The notes under the pieces: generated by a model
The model's input: the letters and a program-made list of their open reading frames with translations, nothing else
What the model was told of the DNA's origin: nothing
Databases searched by the model: none
Assembly (NCBI GenBank): GCA_051294375.1
Contig: CM119268.1
Location: 3,886,992 to 3,950,991 of the forward strand
Length of the DNA stretch: 64,000 nt
Direction of reading: 5' to 3'
Source: Paraspadella gotoi
Lineage: Eukaryota; Animalia; Chaetognatha
In this document: piece by piece, positions 29,258-59,890 of the stretch
Layout: each line of letters opens with the position of its first letter
How positions within the stretch are numbered: the stretch's first letter is position 1
Program-made: the position numbers and the translations under genes

Positions 29258-30636
29258 TTTGTTATAACGCTCTATCTTATTTGCATATTGCAGTATTGAT
29301 CTGTATACTCATTACGAGCAAACGCTCTCGTTTACCTAATTACCTTTAATTAATAATTAAAAAAGATAAAAAAACAATCATTTTTTTCTCGCGTTCTAAT
29401 TGGTGGAAAAAAATAATTCTTTGCTGCGATTAGATAAGTCTTCGTTCTTGCTTCAGCGTCTATGCGACGTCGGTTAAATGTTACGTTATTTTATTTTTAA
29501 CATGGAAACATCCTGGCCAATAAAATTAACTTGGCAAATTTTTCTCCATTTTATCAATACTGTTGATGAGATTTTAATTCAATTTGAAGTATTATTTTTA
29601 ATATCCTTGTCTCTCTTAGTCCTACACACTCCCCAAAGAAGAAGTTCTGGAATGCAATCTCCCCGAAGTTCCACAAAGAGGAGGACATGTCCAACTTGTC
29701 AGTCTTGAACAAGTTAGTTCAGACTTTTATTTCCTGACAGATTTGAATGTATCAGAATGTGTAAAAAAAATATTTAAACGTAAGCTGAGCTTTTTATTAA
29801 TAACAAAAAAAAATCACCGCTCATTTCAATAGAGTAGCGAAATTGTGTAAAATCGGTACCACAAATATCAAAATTATTAATTCGTTCAATAAATAAATGC
29901 AAATTTAATAATTTGATAAAAAAGAATATGGCGTAAAAAACCCAAACAATTCTCCTTTCTCCTCACCCCCTCTCCCCCCTTCACTTACCTTGGAAAAAAA
30001 GAGCCTGCGTCCTGCAAAATCTCCGCAGCCGCTACGTCGTGCTGCAATCTACACCTACTCGGGTCTCTTCTGCATCTGCATCAATCCTTACAAGTGGCTC
30101 ATGGTCTACACGCCCATCATGAGAGCGCATTACAGGAACAGGCGGAGGAACGAGGCCCCGCCGCATCTCTACGCCGTAGCAGACGGAGCGTTGCAGCTGC
30201 TGGAGATGGGTGAGGAAGGAATGATGATGATGTTGATGATGATAATCATGCCGACGAAGATCGTATTATTATTAATGATGATGATAATGACGACGACGAC
30301 GTTGATTTTGATGATGATAATAATGATTATGATAATGATGACGACGACGATTATGACGATGACGATAATTGATGATTGACGATGATTATGAAGACAATGA
30401 TGATCACTGGACGATTCTTTTATTCGACCCTAAAATCCATAGAGCCTTTTTTGTAGTTAGAATAATTTTAAGCTTAAGCTTTTTTTTATGATCAACCATT
30501 TTACTTTTTACCCAATCGCTTCAGAGAGTAAGAATCAGTCGTCTCTCATCACCGGAGAATCGGGAGCAGGAAAAACGGAAAACACTAAAAAAGTCTTGCA
30601 GTACTACGCTCTCAATTGCGCGGATCCGAAAGTCAG

Positions 30637-30679
<43 letters not shown>

Positions 30680-30757
30680 ACTAATCATCTAATTGCCTTC
30701 AGGCCGCCAAGTCCAAAGCTGACACTTTCGGCAAGATGGGTTCATCTCTCTCTTGGG
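25490..30757 (+). repeat. ~5.3-kb direct duplicate of ~37227-42520 (myosin promoter and first exons)
   Basis: Near-identical; differs in microsatellite length and single-base indels; ends at the N-gap. Confidence 0.92.
28342..30745 (+). pseudogene. Truncated duplicate of myosin heavy chain coding exons 1-6 (probable assembly or haplotype duplicate)
   Basis: Same exons as 40142-42520 ([17 protein letters not shown]), with frameshifts near 29660 and 30047, cut by the gap. Confidence 0.75.
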
Positions 30758-30782
30758 NNNNNNNNNNNNNNNNNNNNNNNNN

Positions 30783-33700
30783 AAAGATCAAAAGAATTTC
30801 GAAGAGGAGTTTTCCGACTCTCGAGCGATGGAAACAATTTATCTGAGTCGAGGTTGCATCTTCAACCGCGAAGTCTTGAATCCGTTAAAGAAAAAATCCC
30901 TGCAATGGAAGCAGTTGAGATGTGGGACTTTCCATTATATAAAATGCAATGGAACTCTTTAATTGATCAAAAATTTATTAACTTACCATTTTGAGATGCG
31001 ATCGTTTAATTAAAACACTTACCTTCACAGTTAATACTATTACTTACTGTTCGAAGATGTCCGATCCAGTTGGTGTGCAACGATACCTTCAAGAATGGGA
31101 ACACCTCTACGATGAATGAGGAAAGATGGACGACAAACATTTGCGGAAGGACCTCAATGTGAAAGGAGCAAAGAGGCGAAGTCGAACGGCATCCAGAATG
31201 GCACAAGTACAAACCTGAAGACATCAAAATGAAGCTGAAGGAAGCCGCCGAAAAGGACGTCCGAAACGCGTTAGGATGGAAGAAGACGGGCTGTGATGCT
31301 CAAATTTCACCAGAAAGAAAAGACTGAAACTTATAATGAGATTTACAATATGATTGATGAATATATAAAGGAAAACAGGAAGAAATTCAAATCCTGTCTT
31401 AAATCGAACTTACCTTGTTTAAATTATTTATGTTTTGCCTTCAGGAATATTCAGAAACAATGCAAGGCTGCAGTGGGTTACCTTGCCTATCGATATAAGG
31501 ACTTTCGAGCATTCATAGTAAAAGAACGGAAGAGTTGAACAATGAAGCTCCCGATTGTGTTGAAAAGTGTTTCGACCTCATCAAAAACTATTCCTTGGAA
31601 CTGAAGCAATTGCAGGAAGTCCGCTGAAGGTCAAGACGAATCGAATCAAATTCTTGGGAAGAGGAAATATGCTTCATCGAGAAATGGAAGAAGATTCGAC
31701 TTGCTGGAAGGGCGCATCTTCATAAAGAAAGTGTCGAGACATAATGGAAGAATTGCCATGAGAAAATAACTCAAACTTACCTCAAAGTTATTCGGTTCGC
31801 CTTCTTTCACTAATAATTGTCTTATTTTTAAATAAATTTATTCAGCTCTTACTTGCTACAATGGCTCAATGAAATCCATTTTCGAGATTCAAGATGAGAT
31901 TGCTCGCGATTGGGAGAGAGCGAGGAATATCAAAGATCGTTTTGAAGAATTCTGCGGTTGAGAGCATAGTCTTTCGGGAATATGAAATTCGAATCCGGAA
32001 GAAAAGGGGAAAGAGAGGAAAGGATGAGAGGCAATAAAGCCATCGAGGCGTCCGAACTGTACAAGGACATCAAGAATTGGAAGATCGCCAAAAATGGGCA
32101 AGGAATGCGAAAACCGCAAAAGACCAGAATCTTGGTGAAATTTATGATGAAATTGAAAGGCCGGGCAAAGAGACTCCAGGATCAGGCAAAAGAACGTTTA
32201 ATGAAAATATAAAACAAAACTTAATCTTTATTAGGCATTCCGGATTAGTGATTTATATCAATTGTATCAATTCACTTACCTTGTAGTTACAGAATGACAT
32301 TAAATTCTGAGTTTTACGTTCGAAGAAATGAGACTTGTTTGCCGATCATATTTGGTTCCGGATTCGTTGGAAAGAGCTTTAAAAAGACTTGAAGAGGCTT
32401 TGAAAAGGAATTGGCTCAAGAAGAACAAGAAATTGAAAAGGGACGAAAGGAGAAAGGACAAACGAAGTATCGAATGCCATGAAGGGCAGACAGAATATTT
32501 GCAATATCGCATTAAGATGCTGAGGAAATGGCCGGACATTTTGAAAAAAGATGGGAAAAATATTCGCCACCAGAATTTACAGAATTCCTGAGTATTGTTG
32601 AAATTTTTAAATACTTACCTTTTTCTAAATTTCAGCTTCTCACTAATATTTTAAAATGTCTGAAGTGAGAAGAACTTCAAAAAAATACGCCAGAGAAACG
32701 CGATATTCTGGCTACCTACCAATCTTGAAGACGCACTGGATGAAATCCAGAAGAGAGAAGACAATTGGTCCGAAGAATTCAAGAGTATGGATCCATGGTG
32801 CTGATGAACGAGAATTCAGAACAATTGCACAACTTACCAGATGGGCGAAAATCCTGGAAGACAAAGAGATATATTTTCACTCGGAACCAAAACTGTAATG
32901 GAATTTACCTTGCTAACTTACCTGTTCTTTTTTTTTGGTCAAGTCAAAGCAAATTTGACATTTTTTGATATCTTGATAATCAACTTATTTTCAGGTAAAA
33001 ATGGATTTCATTGCTTTTAACAAGAATTCGAGATCAATTAAACAGAGACTGGATGCAGCTCAACGAAAAGCCATGGGGTCAAGAGAAGACAAAATCCATC
33101 ATCGATCTGACTATCAGGGAAATGCCCTATGGAACCTGAGAGAAGAAGGGATCAGAAGACAAGTTCCTCAACCATTGCTGAAATCAGAAAGGAAGTGAAA
33201 AGTCAACCGACATCGTACGGCTGATCGGGAGGCTCTGAAGATCAAACCTGAAACGCTAGCATTTATCTCCGGTTTTATGAAGCGCAGAAGGAAAAGATGG
33301 AGACTCTTGAAAGAGAGAATTCTCTTTAACAAACCTGTAACGGTCATCATCATCAATTGCCTATATTTGGTGTATTCCATTCGTTATTAATTGAAATGTT
33401 ATTTATCTGTTTATTCATTTATTAAGCTTATCAAAGTATGTCAAGAGAACAAGACTTTGATCATTGGATTCGTGGCCATAGCCAAATTACCTACGTTATA
33501 AAAACTCGAATGAAACAAGAGGTTAATCAAAGGATGCCGAGTTCTGCGGAAGAGTCCCTCGAACAAGCCAGAAGCAACGACTCGGAGATGGCAAGAATTG
33601 AAAACCGCTGTCGAGACGAAACTGGCAGAAAACCCTGCGGCGGACGTCGAAGCCGAAAGAAAAAGAATTCAATTTATCGACGACGAAAATACAAACTGGT

Positions 33701-35373
33701 CCTTTGGGCGATGTTTAAGATTCAACGAGGAGATCTGTTTCGCTCAAAAAACTTTAAATGAAATCGCGCCAAATCAACGCGAGAATTAATATTTGTATTG
33801 TTCGTAATATTATTGTTTGGTTGCTCAATTGAGTTTATTGTTTTGAATAATCAATTACCTGTTCTCAAACTTACCCTTTAACAGTGTGTCTTTCCGATAA
33901 TAAGCGCTATCGCACTAAAAACCTCGAACGCTCAACTGCGCGAATCTTTATAAACTTTGAATTAAAAAATTACGCGATTTGAAGGAGTCTTCACCGAATC
34001 CAAAGCAATAACTTATTCTAGGTGAGAATGTCTGTCACTTACCTGGAAGACTATTATTTATATGTAATTATTACACAAATTATTCAATATACTCACCCAT
34101 ATTCAGATGCTCACTCTCGTGACACGATGTGGGAAACGAAGAGCTCCTCACCTCCGCTCGACGTCCAGGAGAGGACTACGCCTCCATCTTCCCGTCGACC
34201 CCTCTCTTCGATTCCGAGAATTGCGCGAATCCGGACGATGTCGCAGGCTTCAACAGAAAGGACCGTGAACCTCTGCACCCCTCCCAACCCCAATACCCGT
34301 CCCAACTTCAACACCCGTCAATTCCGAACGCTCCACCCGCTTTCAGCTCACCTATTTCCCCCCTCATGAATCTTCCGGAGTATTTAAACTGTCATTTATT
34401 GTGGGATTATCATTGCATTATTATTTTTATTACTTACCTGGTGACTTTCGCAGTCGACCATACCTTCAACGTCAACCTCTAACGCAGCGTTGGAGGACTC
34501 CACATCAAGCGACGGCAACTCTGCCGTACGAGATTCCGCCAACTCCGAAGACCCCCGCCCAACTTACCGACGACCTTGTTTGGGCCGCCTTCGCGAAAAA
34601 TACCGCCGATTCGATGAGAAACGGAAAGATAGACACCTCAAATGCAACAATAACTTAAAGTCTCCTCGCGCTGAACAACGAAAACATTCCGTTCATCATC
34701 GGAATTCAGATGAATGGAAGTTCAGGCCGGATGTTCCGCTTTCCGGCAAGATCGGAAAGTGGATAAAGACGTGCCGTAAGAATTGGCGAAAAGTCGCGAG
34801 GAAAAGGCGGATTGATTTCGTAAAGTTCGTCTTCGAAAATTCTTGGACTGATCGTCAATCCAGCGAAGGCCAAGACGAACGGCTCCATTTCCCTTCCAGC
34901 GGCGACAAAAAGGCGACCTCAGCAAAACGAACGTCGTCGTCAAAGCTCCAGCTCATCAACGTCTTCGTCGTCCATTGCCGAAAAGTAGCGCCGCCCGGCG
35001 TGCCACTAGCGTCGTCGTCTTTCATCGACATCCCAGCGGAAAACGAAAAAACCGCGAAGCGACGAAGTTCGTCGTCTCCTGGCCGAGAAAGAAGCTCTCA
35101 AAATGGAACGCGACAAATACAAGGCTCGCGCAACAAAGTACGAAGAAGAACTCGCTCAGGAAAAGAAAATTGCGTGAAAAGGATCGCGATCGTTACGAGG
35201 AAAAGATCCAGAAACTAAGGGAAGATTGCGACAAGCGTATCGATAGAATGACGGAAACTCACCTTCATGAAATAAGGAGCTGCGCGAAGCTCTTTGCGCT
35301 CCTCGGCAATCTTCGAAATCTCATTCGCCATCAAAGAACAAAGAAAATCGTGAGTCGCCAAAATGCGCGTTAA
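30783..35373 (+). other. Cluster of co-oriented short orphan ORFs (frameshifted) separated by short AT-rich spacers
   Basis: GA-rich coding-like blocks with ATGs at 31057, 32294/32328, 32656, 33001, 33438 and a block at ~34107-35373 (Pro/Ser-rich, a Trp/basic segment, coiled-coil-like end). No family recognised. Confidence 0.55.
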
Positions 35374-35444
35374 TAGTGAACCCTTTAAAATCGCGGTCAC
35401 TCGTCCCCACTTACCTGCCTTTGACCCTCCTCCCACCTCCAATA

Positions 35445-35790
35445 TTTGACGAAAAACCCCGTCAATCCCCACCCCCCCATAAAAAACATAAAAAGTAATA
35501 TCACTTACCTGTACATATTTTCATCCTTATTTATCTGTATTTACGATTTCCATGTCCAAAAATTGGCGAAAACCCCCGTCAATCTCCACTTACCGTGTTC
35601 TGATCCCATTTTTTCGTGTCTAAAAATTGGCGAAAACCCCGTCAATTCTCACCTACCTGTTATCCTGATCTTATTTTCCGTGCCCAAAATTGATGAAAAC
35701 CCCCGTCAATCCCACTTACCCGTTCTTCAATTCCCCTTTCCATTCTTTTATGTATTCATCTGACAAAAACCCCCGTCAATTCTATCCTAT
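35445..35790 (+). repeat. ~60-bp degenerate repeat AAAACCCC(C)GTCAAT..CACTTACC, 5 units
   Basis: AAAACCCC(C)GTCAAT near 35453, 35568, 35633, 35696 and 35766. Confidence 0.8.
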
Positions 35791-36384
35791 AAAACAGTGA
35801 AATTGGTATAATTACTCGCTATATATTAACATTATTATCGGTCAGTTTAATTTTGTACCATAAAGAATCAAATTTATTTCAACTTGGCGTAAATTACCTG
35901 ATACGTCTCAAAACAATTTATTATTAAATGTTAATCAACTATCACAATTATTAATCATTATTATTACTTACCTACGATCCAATTTGAGTTATTACTTGAA
36001 TATTATTGTCGTATATTCTGGTGTAAATTAACATTAATGTCGAATGATTACTCACCTGTTCCCTGGCTAAAAGTAATAAATATTATGGACAACGTAATAA
36101 AGTAAAAGGTTTTAAATTTTCAAATTAGATAGTCGAGAAAAAACAAGTACAAATTTAATTACCCCTCACAAATGGGGGAGAGTGAGACCCTTTTTTTCAA
36201 AAGCTAACTTCCCAAACTAAACCCGAGTAAATTCAAACAGCACATAATTTGTGTGGAAATAATTAATCGATCGAGACAAACTGAGACGCGTTTCCATGAC
36301 AACCGAGTTCGTCGAAAGCTTGAACGATCTGATTCTGTACCGAAAGTCCGACGGTGGGAGCGGACCGGTCCAAAAGGACGAATC

Positions 36385-36600
36385 TGCAGACGGATCGCCG
36401 ACGGATCGCGGATGGGATCACCGACGAATCTGCAGACGGGATCGCAGATGGGATCACCGACGAATCTGCAGACGGGATTGCAGACGGGATCGCCGACGGA
36501 TTGCAGACGGGATCGCCGACGGACTTGCAGATGGGACTGCAGACAGGATCGCGACGGGCATCGCAAGATGGGACCGCGGACGGGCTAGCAGATGGAATTA
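36385..36600. repeat. GC-rich tandem array of 11-12-bp GACGGGATCGC(A/C) units
   Basis: Repeated GCAGACGGGATC / GCCGACGGAT motifs. Confidence 0.8.
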
Positions 36601-37515
36601 TCGAACGATCGAGATCGGGTTGGGAAATTGCAGCCGCAAACGGGGGAGTTATCGCAGCATTGCAGCATCGGGGATGCAGGCCTTTGGGACGGGGGAGTAA
36701 GAAGGAAGAAATGATAAAACCTCCTTCAAGATGACGCAGTCTGAAATGATTTAGATGTACCACTATGTCTGCGCTTTCTTTATTTGGCAACCTTGACATA
36801 CGAGTATTACAATGTTCCAAGGTGCGAGTGTAACAATAGGCCGCTAGCATTAATGGTACGAGCGGAGAATGGGATGGAACGATGATCATCTGTTTCCTAA
36901 TAATCCCTTACTTTCACCCTCTACCGTTCTCAGGTTCCAGCTCATTCTCCGATGGAAGGCCGAATCGTAAACATCGAAAATAATAATTTTCTACTATTTC
37001 ACAAAAATGTAAATATTTAATTAAATATTTATTATTATTATAACTAAGAATTAATTAATAAATTAATTCTTCCTTCCATTCTAGGTTTTGAACAAATTCC
37101 ATTGTTCTTATTTTGGAATTCCGCGAAAATGTATCGTCTTCTAAAATATACCTTGGTAGTTCTACATTAGTGAATTATATTTAAGGTATTAATAGTATAG
37201 ATTAGTTAGCATTTTTAATCCTCCCCTTTCTGCCCCCCCCCACACCCCTCGCCTGTCCAGTGTCCACCGCCTCTATATTCCCTTGTCTCTTATCTTTAAC
37301 CACCCTCTACCATCCCTCTTCATTTATCCCCACCACCCTCAAACCCTTGACACCCTAATCCCCACACGCACACCCTACACCACTCCGCCACTCAACCTGT
37401 CGCTTTTCGCTTTCATCCTTTTTGTTTTGATTTCGTCTCATTTTTATTTTGTTTTTTTTTCCTTCGTCGATGAACTTCTTGGTTCTTTCATCATCATCAT
37501 CATCATCATCATCAT

Positions 37516-37550
<35 letters not shown>

Positions 37551-37565
37551 TATCATTTCATCATC

Positions 37566-37603
<38 letters not shown>

Positions 37604-38069
37604 GTGTCGCATATGTAAAGAATTAAGTACTTTTTCACGAAAGCCTTGAGGAATTTTTGTAAAAAATTAGCTAGATTTTATACTGTAACCACATAGATTC
37701 AAGTCGAATCTTACTTTTACAATACGAAAAACTAATTTAGAAAGCGTGTTTATTATTAACAATAATTGATAATATGGAGAAAAATAGACAAAGAAAATAT
37801 TGCGGCCAGAAACTATCTATCATCTTTCCTTTCGTCTTAATCTTAAATCATCATCGTCGTCGTCGTCGTCGTCGTCATAACTATCAAAGGTAGAAATGAA
37901 ATATGTCGTCCATATAGAAAAGAGACGCGAAATTGACGAGACTTTCGTGCCTTTTAACATTTTATATCTTTATTTTTTTAATATCTTTTTCATTTGATTT
38001 TTTTTCTCTCACTTTCGGGCGGCGAACGAATCCATTCATCCCCAGCCGTATCAGTCACCCGCGTTTCGT

Positions 38070-38205
<136 letters not shown>

Positions 38206-39513
38206 CATATTAAAAAAATTATTAAAAGTGTTGGTCAACTTTTTAAATCGCAACGTTTTTTATAACGTTTTTCAGGTCGCATCAATTTAAGCGGTACATT
38301 GTAATTTGCATATTGTAAAAGTTGTTTGTTTTTTTATTATTTCCTCATTCACCCATTTGTTCCACCTTTCTTTTTATAACAAGGGTTCAGACGCGAAATA
38401 GCACTTTCGTGAATTTTCATGAAATAAATTAAAATGAACTAAATCTCCTTTCTTCATCAACTTTTTTACATTTTTTTAAAAATAATTCAATCCATAATGT
38501 TTAATTTGAATGGTGCGGACAAAATTGTTAAGGGCGACCGATTTCGCCGACCGCTGTTTGAAAAAATCTCGTATTTTATTCTGAATTTAGATTTTTATCA
38601 GCGAATATCATTAAACTGACGTTTGATTAAACGACGTTCACGACTTGACTCTATTCTCTCTCTTTCTTTTTCTCTCTGCTCTCTCTCCTGCAATCTTTTT
38701 ATTTTTTAAAGAATGAATTTCTGAATTTTTAACTTCTCATTCTTGAGAAAGTTTTAGATAAAATCTTGCAGGAAAACAGTTTTACTCTTTCGATCCGTGA
38801 TCAAGTAACCACTGTTAGAACATCACAACAACATCCCTAACAAAATGTATAAAAAAAAAAAAGGATGAGAAACTGAGAGACAAGAATTTTCCCTCATCTC
38901 CCGCGAACGCTTGACCTTTCCGACCCGACCTTCTCGTTAATTCTCCGCTCGCTTCCTCATTAACTTCCACTCTGTGTCTCATATTTTTTTTTTTTTTTTT
39001 TACGATTTTCTTTTTTTTCCGATGGCGATAGACTTTTTCTTTTTTTTTTTAAGGCGCTCATTTTTATTCGTTATTATTTTTCCCGCGGACGGACTGACGG
39101 ACGAACGGACGGACGGAAAGCCAGAAAGAGGGACGGACAGACGAACGGACGGACAGACAGAGGGGTCGAATGGACGGACGTCCCGACCTCTAGCGGTCAT
39201 CAATCAAGATTCGTGAAAAAGACGAAAAATTTGGGAAAAAAAGTCTGGGAGGCGAAAATGGCGATGGAGGTGAGTGAGTGGAGAGAGGTGAGAAGTGGGA
39301 GAATTTGGTGGTGCATTTGCTCTCTCTCTCTCCCCCCCCTCTTCTCATATTTTCACGTCGCATCCTCTTCCTCTCCTGAGTTTTCTTTCTACCTTCCGAT
39401 CCTCTTCCACTTCCTCCCATCTCTTCCTCCTCCTCTTCCACCTTCCTCCTCCCTCTTCCTCTTCCTCCCATCTCTTCCTCCTCCCTCTTCCTCTTCCTCC
39501 TCTTCCTCCCTCT

Positions 39514-39521
39514 TATAAAAG
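39514..39521 (+). promoter_or_regulatory. TATA box of the myosin gene (duplicate at ~27716); non-coding exon ends AAAG|GTAAGT at 39734
   Basis: TATAAAAG follows a long CCT-rich tract, ~220 bp upstream of a perfect donor. The next acceptor precedes the ATG exon. Confidence 0.55.
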
Positions 39522-40141
39522 CCGTCCTCTCTCTCTCTCTCGTCACCACCAGAACCGAAATAATCGAGGATCGGACGTCGAATCCTCTGATCAGGAAAAA
39601 AAAAGCCCGGGATCCAAAACCCGCCTGGGAAATCCGTGGGTCAGAGAGAGAGAGAGAGCGAGAGAGAGACAGAGACAGAGACAAAAAACGTCGCAAGCTT
39701 CTCTCTTTGGTCAGCGCGACTCTCAGAGTGAAAGGTAAGTTCAATGTCTAATTTTCGTTGTATTTGTTGTTATAATCATAGTTTTAAAAATAAGTTTAGT
39801 AAAGAAATCACTACTTTCGGATTTATGTCGGACTCTTATGAGCCAGATTGCTTCTTGAAGAAAGAATTATTTTATACAATCCTTCACCCTTCAGATGTAA
39901 ACTTACCAATATTATTTTATTTTTTCTCATCATAACTTTCCTATCTTCAACATTACTTACCTTTTAATTTTGACCCGCATTGTTTAAAAAAGGAAACTTT
40001 AAAGATAATGTTTCATTCATTGGTTAGACGGTACGTGATTTATTTTTATCATTCAGCTATATTTTTATATATATATTTTTTGTATATATTTTTCAATTCT
40101 AAAAAAAGTTAAAACTCACGCGACAGAGTCGGAGACGCAAG

Positions 40142-57253
<17,112 letters not shown>

Positions 57254-58141
57254 AACAACAAAAACAAAAAATCAAGTTGAAGATCCAACCAACCCAATTG
57301 TCAAAAGTATCTCTCTCTCTCGTCGAAAAAAACAAATAAAAGCTGCCTCAAGACGTCCGATTGATTCCATCCGATCAGCGACGGTGGCTTTTATATTCTC
57401 TCACTGACGACAGAACACCACGGAAACAATAACAACAACAACAACGTTAACAACAACAAACGCTGGCCGTCTCCTGTCTCTCTTTCTTTCTATACTGTAT
57501 CCACTATCTTTTCACTCTTTTTCCGTCAAGTGTAGACCAAGAGGAAATATTACTATTATTACTTCTTTCCTTAATTCTTCTAAAACTTTTTTGGGTGGGA
57601 GAACCAGTAGCCGAAACAACATTTAATTAAAAACAGAAGAAGAACAAATATTTTCTGTTTGAAACGAAACAGAGTGCTTTGCATAAATTTTCTTTGTCTA
57701 CGATCAAGTTGTAATGTTTATTTTGTATTCCCTATAATATTTATTATCTATGATCAAGATCACATCAAACCTTTATTATTATTAATTACATTGGCGTGAA
57801 TTGATCGTTTCTTCCCAAGTTGCCACATTTAATTTATTCTCGCATCCGCTGTTACCAAAAGAATGTTAAGTCACACGTCATCGATGAAATACAATTTTGA
57901 TTCTTAATTATGCTTTCTTTTTTCTAAGTTTATAACTTAATAGTTGATTATTATCAGAATTTAAATTATTTTTTAAGGAGATTAAAATGAAAAAAAATAA
58001 TCGTTAACGACAATCATTTTGTAAATTTTACATTACAAGTACAGCAGAAGGTAAGAGTTATCGTTAAATTAATGTCTGAGACGCTCTTTCACTTTTCCTA
58101 CCTAAGGTCTACGACATTAACTAGCAAGTACAGTAGTAGTA

Positions 58142-58173
<32 letters not shown>

Positions 58174-58970
58174 TTACTATTATAGGTTTAATTAACTATC
58201 AAAACCTGAAATGCACCGCTTAAAAAAATCAAAATATAGCAAGCAGTATTGGCTTACATTCTACTCCAACAATCGAGCAATGTGTACTTGGCCGGAACAG
58301 GTTGAAAACTAGAAGTTTTAGAATAATGGTGAAGTGACTGTTAGAGAATATGAAAATAAAAATAATTTAAAAAAAATTATCTTATTAATAAGCGCACGAA
58401 AGATTATTTTATTACTATATAAAGTTAAAATTTTTTAATAGATTCTGATAGAGCTTTAAAAAAGGTTATCAATAAAAATTTTAAAAAACCATAAAATTCA
58501 GCCAATGATGATAATGATGATGATTTTTTAACGTTTTTTTTGTTTTTAACCAATTTCTTATCAAAATTTTAAAATATTGTAGTACTAACTTTCATTTAAC
58601 TTTTCAAGCTTTATAGGAATCCGTTCTTAAAAATAAATTTTTAAAAGTTTTTTTGTCATTTTGAAGACGCTGTCGGATCAAAAAGTGCCAAAAAGTCCCC
58701 CTTTAATTTGTTATATTAATAAATATTTCAAAGCTTCAGTGCAACAACCCAATGAACTAATTCAAAAAGTTGCATTGAAAATCGATTTAGTAATAGAAGG
58801 AAAAAAGAAATTTTTTTAAGAGAATTAGAAGTTATAAAAAGTGTTCAATTTTGGCCCGCCTTAATGCTTACGTATATTGTACGTATAAACTTAAAAGTAA
58901 CCCACTGTAAGTGTAAGTGTAAGTGTAACTTTAATTTAAATGAGGGAGTACATTGTACGCTGCTCTTTTG

Positions 58971-59060
<90 letters not shown>

Positions 59061-59849
59061 GTCTGCTTCTCCTTTGCCTTCGCCCCCTCGGCCATGTGAC
59101 GTCATCGTTATCACTAAACACGAAAAAACCGTCACCGCCGCCGACGCCGCTGCCGGACGCCGCCGACACTGTCGACACCGCTTCCGATACGGCTTCCGTT
59201 AATTACGTTCCGTTTCACATCCGCATCTACGACGAATCGTCGCTCGTTCGTCGTGAATTCGTCGCAAATTCCGTATATCCGTCCGCGTGGACCGTACTTC
59301 TGTTCGTCCTTCAGTCCCCTTCAACAGGATATAATCCGATACGCACGTGTTTCCATCAATTCGCTCGGGATTTAGAAAGAGAGCGAGCGAGTGCAGAGAG
59401 AGAGAGAGAGCGACCGAGAGAAAAAAACAATGCGAGAGAGCGAGAGATTTCCCGGATGTGTTACAATTTTTGATCGTGGCTCGCCGAACGGATAGAGAGA
59501 GAGAGCGAAATTGTAATTTAATTATGAAGAGAGAAAGAGACAGAATGCTGCGTCCACAGGCTGCTTTTCGGTCCCATTGGGTTTTTCTCCGTCGCAGTTA
59601 TTGATAGCGAATCGGTTATTTGTTTCGTATTTTGAATTATTATCTACGAGCTTGAGTATAAATTTTTTAGATTTTTTAGATGTAATCTTTAACTAGCCTT
59701 TTTACTAATCTGACTGTTTTAAATTACCACGAAAACTTCAAATTGTATGTCATATTTGTCATTGTATTATTTTTCTCTCTTTTCGTTGCTAAGTGAATAT
59801 TAAGAATTGTTTATTTATGTGCCAATACAACGATTTTTTTATTATTAGT

Positions 59850-59890
59850 AGTACATGTTTCGACTCTGTTGGTTTTAGTCTTCATCAGCT
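59850..59890 (-). ncRNA. Minimal (Penelope-type) hammerhead ribozyme core
   Basis: Minus strand CTGATGA-A-GACT-aaaaccaacag-AGTC-GAAAC-AT-GTA: conserved core, stem II, palindromic CATG stem III and GUA triplet. Stem I is only ~2 bp. Confidence 0.6.

Noticed and set aside
28342-30745. Genuine second myosin paralog
   Set aside because: Introns are near-identical to the other copy and it ends at a gap; most likely an assembly or haplotype duplicate.
32611-34445. U1 snRNA genes at ATACTTACCT / ACTTACCTGG
   Set aside because: Only the first ~10 nt match; no U1 stem-loops or Sm site follow.
35445-35790. CRISPR-like repeat-spacer array
   Set aside because: Eukaryotic context, degenerate repeats, related spacers and no cas genes.
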